Of a DNA stretch of 63,144 nucleotides, positions 58,515 through 63,144 are shown piece after piece (the stretch's first letter is position 1; every line of letters starts with the position of its first letter). Where the stretch lies: contig JBGTHM010000090.1 of NCBI GenBank assembly GCA_041746255.1, positions 1-63,144 of the forward strand, given 5' to 3'. The notes under the pieces are model-generated. The model did not search any database, was not told the origin of the DNA, and worked only from the letters and a program-made list of their open reading frames with translations. The DNA comes from Fibrobacteria bacterium (GTDB taxonomy: Bacteria > Fibrobacterota > Fibrobacteria > UBA11236). The position numbers and the translations under genes are program-made.

Positions 58515-59564
58515 TTATTTTCGGCCAGTGGCAAACTCAAGATCCGCCTTCATCATAATCTCCACCAGTTCCTCGAACTTCACCTTGGGTTGCCAACCGA
58601 TTTTCGTTTTCGCTTTCGTCGGATCTCCCAATAATTCCTCCACTTCCGCAGGCCGAAAGAACTTCGGATCGATTTCCACAATAACCTTACCCGTTTTCCT
58701 ATCCCGCCCAACCTCGCGCACACCCTCACCCTCCCAAGCAATGTCAAAGCCCGCAAAAGGCGCAGCCTTCTCGATAAACTCCCGCACCGTATGCATCTCA
58801 CCCGTAGCGGCGACATAGTCATCCGCTTCATCCTGCTGCAACATCATCCACATCATCTCCACGAAGTCCTTGGCATAACCCCAATCTCTTTGGGCATCCA
58901 AATTACCCATCCGCAAAGTCGATGGCGCTCCCGCTTTGATTTTAGCCAATGAAAGCGTGATTTTCCGCGTCACGAAATTCTCGCCGCGACGTGGTGACTC
59001 ATGATTAAACAAGATACCGTTACTGGCATGCATCCCATACGACTCGCGATAATTCTTCACTATCCAATACGCATACAGCTTCGCCACACCATAGGGCGAG
59101 CGCGGATAAAAGGGCGTCGTTTCTTTTTGAGGAACTTCCTGAACCTTGCCGAAAAGCTCCGAAGTAGAAGCCTGATAAAACCGGGTAGCCAGCTTGTTGC
59201 TGCGAATCCCTTCCAAAAGCCGCAACACCCCCACGGCGTCCACATCGGCCGTAAATTCGGGAGAATCGAAAGAAACCTTCACATGGCTTTGCGCCGCCAA
59301 ATTGTAAAGCTCATCCGGGCGAGTTTCCGCGATGATGCGGTTGAGGCTACTTGAATCGCCCAAATCCCCGTAATGCAAGTCAAAGACCTTGCCTTCCTTT
59401 TTCGCCGTCTCCCGGGTCGCCTCGATTCGCGTCCGATTGAAGAGCGAAGTCCGCCGGATGATTCCGTGCACGTCATAACCCTTTTCCAGCAGCAACTCCG
59501 CCAAATAGGAACCATCCTGCCCCGTTACCCCGGTTATCAGCGCGACTTTCTTAGCCATATCCAT
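58515..59564 (-). CDS. gmd: GDP-mannose 4,6-dehydratase
   Basis: [58 protein letters not shown]. Confidence 0.97.
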   Translation of the reverse strand: MDMAKKVALITGVTGQDGSYLAELLLEKGYDVHGIIRRTSLFNRTRIEATRETAKKEGKVFDLHYGDLGDSSSLNRIIAETRPDELYNLAAQSHVKVSFDSPEFTADVDAVGVLRLLEGIRSNKLATRFYQASTSELFGKVQEVPQKETTPFYPRSPYGVAKLYAYWIVKNYRESYGMHASNGILFNHESPRRGENFVTRKITLSLAKIKAGAPSTLRMGNLDAQRDWGYAKDFVEMMWMMLQQDEADDYVAATGEMHTVREFIEKAAPFAGFDIAWEGEGVREVGRDRKTGKVIVEIDPKFFRPAEVEELLGDPTKAKTKIGWQPKVKFEELVEIMMKADLEFATGRK

Positions 59565-59672
59565 TTTCCTTCAGCGTTTAACCGGCCCCAAGATAGAAAA
59601 ATCCCCTTCTTTCACCCTTTCAGACCCTTGGAATAACCAATCCCACCGCCCCAATTTGCTACCTTTCCCCCC

Positions 59673-60965
59673 ATGAAACTTCGGCTCGGAATCATCGGCC
59701 TGGGCACCGTCGGCTCCGGCATACTCCACCTCCTCGATAAAAACCGCGAATTCTTCCTCCGCGATCTGGGTTTCGACTTCGAACCCATCGCCCTGGCAGC
59801 CCGTAGCGCCGCCACCCTGGAGCCCTATCGCAAAACCGGCCTCCTACTCACCCAAAATCCCATGGAGCTCGCCTCCCACCCCGACATCGACGTCCTCATC
59901 GAAGTCGCGGGCGGCGCCGATGCCCCCAAAGAATGGATAGTCACCGCGCTCAAGTCCAAAAAACATGTCATCACCGCCAACAAGGCCCTGCTGGCCCATC
60001 ACGGTACCGAGCTTTTTCCCCTGGCCGCCGAAAACGAGGCCTTCCTCCTTTTCGAAGCCGCCGTCGGAGGGGGCATTCCCATCATCCGTACCTTGCAAGA
60101 AAGCTTTATCGCCAACGATATCCAGGGATTGGCCTGTATCATCAACGGCACCAGCAATTACATCCTCAGCGAAATGCGCGACAAGAAAATCGGGTTCGAA
60201 GAAGCGCTAATAGACGCGCAACGCCTGGGCTATGCCGAAGCCGACCCCTCCTTCGACGTCGAAGGCATGGACGCCGCCCACAAGGTTTCCCTCCTCGCCT
60301 CACTTTGCTATGGCCGCTATGTCGATTACCATAAAATGTCGGTGGAAGGCATCAGCAGCCTCCAGCCCATCGATATGCAAATGGCCGAGGAACTGGGATT
60401 CGTCATCAAGTTATTGGGCGTGGTCTCCCAAACCGCCAAGGGCGTGCAGGCCAATGTTTATCCGGCTCTTTTGCAAAAAAGCCATCAATTAGCCAGCGTC
60501 CACGGGGTGCTCAACGCCGTTTACCTCAAGGGCGACGCGGTGGGACCGGTTTTGATAACCGGCGCGGGCGCGGGTAAATTGCCGACGGCCAGCTCCGTCA
60601 TCTCCGACCTGGTAAGCCTTGCGCGCCAAATGGAATCTGGCCATCCCCATCCTATGCCCATGGGCTTTTTCTGCCGAGCCAAAGAGGCAGGTTTCATTTC
60701 TATCGACGAACTTGAAACCGAGTTCTACCTGCGGCTCACTACCGTCGATAAACCCGGGGTTTTGGCTCAGGTTACCGCCATTTTGGGCGATGCGGGCATA
60801 TCCATCCGGGCGCTGATGCAAAAACCCGAGCATGACCCCGAAAACGTACCGGTGATTTTCCTGACCCATACGACCAAAAACGCGAAAATCGCCTGGGCCC
60901 TGGAGCGCATCGACAAATTGGACATTGTACGCGCCCCGACCCAAATCCTGCGCTTCTACCGTTAA
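59673..60965 (+). CDS. hom: Homoserine dehydrogenase with C-terminal ACT domain
   Basis: GLGTVGSG, TANKA, FEAAVGGGIP, NGTSNYIL, GYAEADP, GAGKLPTAS, DKPGVLA. Confidence 0.96.
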   Translation: MKLRLGIIGLGTVGSGILHLLDKNREFFLRDLGFDFEPIALAARSAATLEPYRKTGLLLTQNPMELASHPDIDVLIEVAGGADAPKEWIVTALKSKKHVITANKALLAHHGTELFPLAAENEAFLLFEAAVGGGIPIIRTLQESFIANDIQGLACIINGTSNYILSEMRDKKIGFEEALIDAQRLGYAEADPSFDVEGMDAAHKVSLLASLCYGRYVDYHKMSVEGISSLQPIDMQMAEELGFVIKLLGVVSQTAKGVQANVYPALLQKSHQLASVHGVLNAVYLKGDAVGPVLITGAGAGKLPTASSVISDLVSLARQMESGHPHPMPMGFFCRAKEAGFISIDELETEFYLRLTTVDKPGVLAQVTAILGDAGISIRALMQKPEHDPENVPVIFLTHTTKNAKIAWALERIDKLDIVRAPTQILRFYR

Positions 60966-61092
60966 GCAAAAATCCGCCTTTTCCTTTTTGCCCACTTGCG
61001 ACCTTGGTACATTACCGCCAGGGCAGGATGCGGCTTTGCACCTCCGAGCTTCCGGAACATTCCGGTGACTAAGGACCAGGGAGATTAGTGGC

Positions 61093-62553
61093 ATGCAGGC
61101 CCGCCGGGTCGAAAAATATCTCATCTTCCTGTCGGACATCGTTTCATTCAACCTGTCCTTCGCTTTTATTTTCTGGCTGCGATATCAAAGCGGGTTTTTC
61201 GCCGCATCGTATAATCCGCACAAGGATTTCGGGCCGCTCACCTCCCTCGCCTTCCTGCTTAGCCTCATCTGGATACTTTATTTTTTCCTCTCGGGCCTTT
61301 ACCGCGACTGGTATCTGCAATCGCGCGCGGAGCAGGTCTGGGTGGTTTCTAAAAAAATCACTTTTGGATTTTTTCTGCTCTTTCTCATAATCGCCGGCTC
61401 CGACATAGTCGATGCCTACCATAACAATCGTCTACACGGCACCTTTAACCTGTCCTCGTTCTTTACCCTTTCGCGGGCCGCTTCCCTTTTGTCCTTTTGG
61501 GGCGTTTTTGTGATATCGGTCAATGGCTTCCGGCTTCTCGTGCAAGCCCAGCTGCTGCGCTTGCTGCGGCGCGGGGTAGGGCTCGAGCCGCTGCTTATTC
61601 TGGGAGCCAATGAAACCGGCGCCCGCATCTCCCAAGACGTTCGGTCGAACCCCGAAATGGGATTTCGGGTTTTCGGCTTTGCGGATGAAAACGGCGCCTT
61701 AAAAGGGGGGTTATTCATTGACCTTCCCGTGCTCGGCACCTATTCCGATCTTCCGGAAATCATCCGGCAGCATCGCATCAAGGCCATCATCATCAGCCAT
61801 GAATCCACCTCCCATAACGAAATCCTGCGCATTCTCAGTTATGTGGCGGAATTCCCCGTATCCCTTTTCATCGTTCCCGATCTTTATGACGCGGCCAGCG
61901 GCCATTTCAAAACCCATGCGGTACATGGGATGACTCTCAAAGTCCTTTTTCCCGAACACATGCCGGCTTGGGAAGCGCAAATCAAACGGCTCATGGATAT
62001 TTTCATCTCCGCCGCTTTGTTGCTGTTCACCTTGCCCATCACCCTTGCTGCGGCATTGTCCATCCGGCTGACTTCGAAGGGGCCGATTTTCTATAGTCAA
62101 GAGCGTATCGGGCAATACGGTAAGCGTATTTGGGTGCACAAATTCCGCACGATGCGCACGGATGCCGAGCTGGCCGGGCCGCAATGGGCTTCGGCTAAAG
62201 ATCCTCGGGTTACGCCGGTGGGACGTTTTCTGCGGCGTGCGCGTATCGACGAATTGCCGCAGCTGTGGTGCGTGCTAAAAGGCGAGATGAGCCTGGTGGG
62301 GCCGCGGCCCGAGCGTCAGCATTTCATCGATCAGCTTAAGCATGAGGTTCCTCTTTATTTGCGACGCTTGAAGATGAAGCCGGGGCTTACCGGCTGGGCT
62401 CAGGTTAAGCATAAGTATGATGCCAGCATCGACGATGTGAAGACCAAGGTGATGTTCGATCTCTGGTATTTCGAGAATATGTCGTTGGGGCTGGATTTAT
62501 TGATTTTGTTGCGGACGGTTTGGGTGGTTATTACGGGGCATGGGGCGCGATAG
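61093..62553 (+). CDS. Polyprenyl-phosphate hexose-1-phosphate transferase (WcaJ/WbaP-like)
   Basis: N-terminal TMs, KRLMD, KFRTM, DPRVTPVGRFLR, DELPQL, MSLVGPRPE, KPGLTGWAQV. Confidence 0.93.
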   Translation: MQARRVEKYLIFLSDIVSFNLSFAFIFWLRYQSGFFAASYNPHKDFGPLTSLAFLLSLIWILYFFLSGLYRDWYLQSRAEQVWVVSKKITFGFFLLFLIIAGSDIVDAYHNNRLHGTFNLSSFFTLSRAASLLSFWGVFVISVNGFRLLVQAQLLRLLRRGVGLEPLLILGANETGARISQDVRSNPEMGFRVFGFADENGALKGGLFIDLPVLGTYSDLPEIIRQHRIKAIIISHESTSHNEILRILSYVAEFPVSLFIVPDLYDAASGHFKTHAVHGMTLKVLFPEHMPAWEAQIKRLMDIFISAALLLFTLPITLAAALSIRLTSKGPIFYSQERIGQYGKRIWVHKFRTMRTDAELAGPQWASAKDPRVTPVGRFLRRARIDELPQLWCVLKGEMSLVGPRPERQHFIDQLKHEVPLYLRRLKMKPGLTGWAQVKHKYDASIDDVKTKVMFDLWYFENMSLGLDLLILLRTVWVVITGHGAR

Positions 62554-62620
62554 TCTTTTATGGAGTTGGACGCTTCCTGGGCATCCGTAACGCCTTGGTT
62601 ACTTGGCTTGCCTGCCTCTT

Positions 62621-62686
62621 GCCTACTGGATTTGTGGGGCCTTACGGGTATATAAGGCCTACCGGGCTTATGGGACCTATCGGGGG
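62621..62686. repeat. Degenerate 18-bp tandem repeat (about 3.5 copies)
   Basis: GCCTACTGGATTTGTGGG / GCCTTACGGGTATATAAG / GCCTACCGGGCTTATGGG / ACCTATCGGGGG. Confidence 0.55.
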
Positions 62687-62688
62687 TC

Positions 62689-62893
62689 GTGGAGGGCCGG
62701 GGGATTTTTTCCGGCTGGCATCGCCCTAATCCGCACTGCGATGGGCGCCGACGTAACTCGGCCGTCGGAATGGTGCGTGCCTCCATCCCGCTGCGCGGGC
62801 TGGGCCCGCCCGACGGCCTCAAACAGACGTCGGCTACTTCCCCTCCCAGTGCGGGGGCTCCGCATGCCGGAAAAAAATCCCCCAGCCCTCCAC
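62689..62893. repeat. 205-bp nested palindromic element (MITE/REP-like or structured RNA)
   Basis: Terminal inverted repeat of about 27 bp plus three nested stems and inner hairpins; a second inverted copy starts at 63095. Confidence 0.8.
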
Positions 62894-62901
62894 TTCGTGT
62901 C

Positions 62902-62977
62902 GTTGGTCTGAGCTTAGTTGGTTTAGGCTCGGTTGGTTTGGGCTTGGCTCTGTTTAGGTAGGGTGGGCTGGGTTGGG
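62902..62977 (+). repeat. Three 15-bp G/T-rich tandem units followed by a G-quadruplex motif
   Basis: GTTGGTCTGAGCTTA / GTTGGTTTAGGCTCG / GTTGGTTTGGGCTTG; GGGTGGGCTGGGTTGGG at 62961-62977. Confidence 0.55.
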
Positions 62978-63094
62978 TTGGACTTTTGTGGGGTGTGGAA
63001 TTGAGGTGGTTAATGTGGAGGCGATGGGACTGGGGAGATCTCGCGCGGGTGGAAGAGGTGAGCGAAAGAGTCCACTGTTTCTAACCAGAGAGGT

Positions 63095-63144
63095 GCGGAG
63101 GGTTGGATGTTTTTTTCGGCATGCGGAGCCCCCGTTCCGCGAAG
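63095..63144. repeat. Start of a second, inverted copy of the palindromic element (cut by the window edge)
   Basis: GGAGGGTTGGATGTTTTTTTCGGCATGCGGAGCCCCCG resembles the reverse complement of 62852-62891. Confidence 0.7.

Noticed and set aside
62400..62961. Short ORFs over the terminal repeat region
   Set aside because: Low-complexity translations of palindromic and tandem-repeat DNA with no coding signature.
1..63144. tRNA, rRNA, integrase, transposase or phage genes; firm taxonomic assignment
   Set aside because: None recognised. The gene style suggested a Fibrobacterota-like host, but no marker gene here lets me support that.

Overview
A 63-kb bacterial surface-polysaccharide region, likely Gram-negative given the SLBB/Wzi-type outer-membrane export genes; the lineage cannot be fixed from the sequence. 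It has three glycan modules, each headed by GC-richer core genes and filled with AT-richer glycosylation genes. Module A (minus strand, 25877 to about 1160): SLBB exporter, Wzz, a phosphonate pathway (cytidylyltransferase-PepM fusion, phosphonopyruvate decarboxylase, divergent class V transaminase, second cytidylyltransferase), Wzx, ParB/Srx-like protein, nucleotidyltransferase-NMP kinase fusion, Wzy-like protein, GT11 fucosyltransferase, glycosyltransferases, methyltransferases, Thr-type sulfatase-like protein, AsnB and WbuXYZ. It ends in an internally deleted oxidoreductase next to an RHH/GNAT toxin-antitoxin pair and an IS21-like end. A central block (26021-33025) holds an AAA ATPase and an HTH gene, each preceded by a copy of a 212-bp repeat, then DegT, a NeuA-like gene, vapBC, and a WecA fused to a pseudo-receiver domain. 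Modules B (plus, 33076-50561) and C (minus, 59564-50671) converge, followed by hom, a WcaJ-like transferase and a nested palindromic element. Best leads: (1) a candidate phosphonoglycan system with a possible new phosphonate-transfer/CMP-recycling enzyme; (2) a poly-C tract inside the promoter spacer of that operon; (3) the repeat-flanked single-gene cassettes; (4) the WecA/pseudo-receiver pair; (5) G/T strand skew pointing into variable islands. All calls come from reading motifs by eye; no database searches were run.
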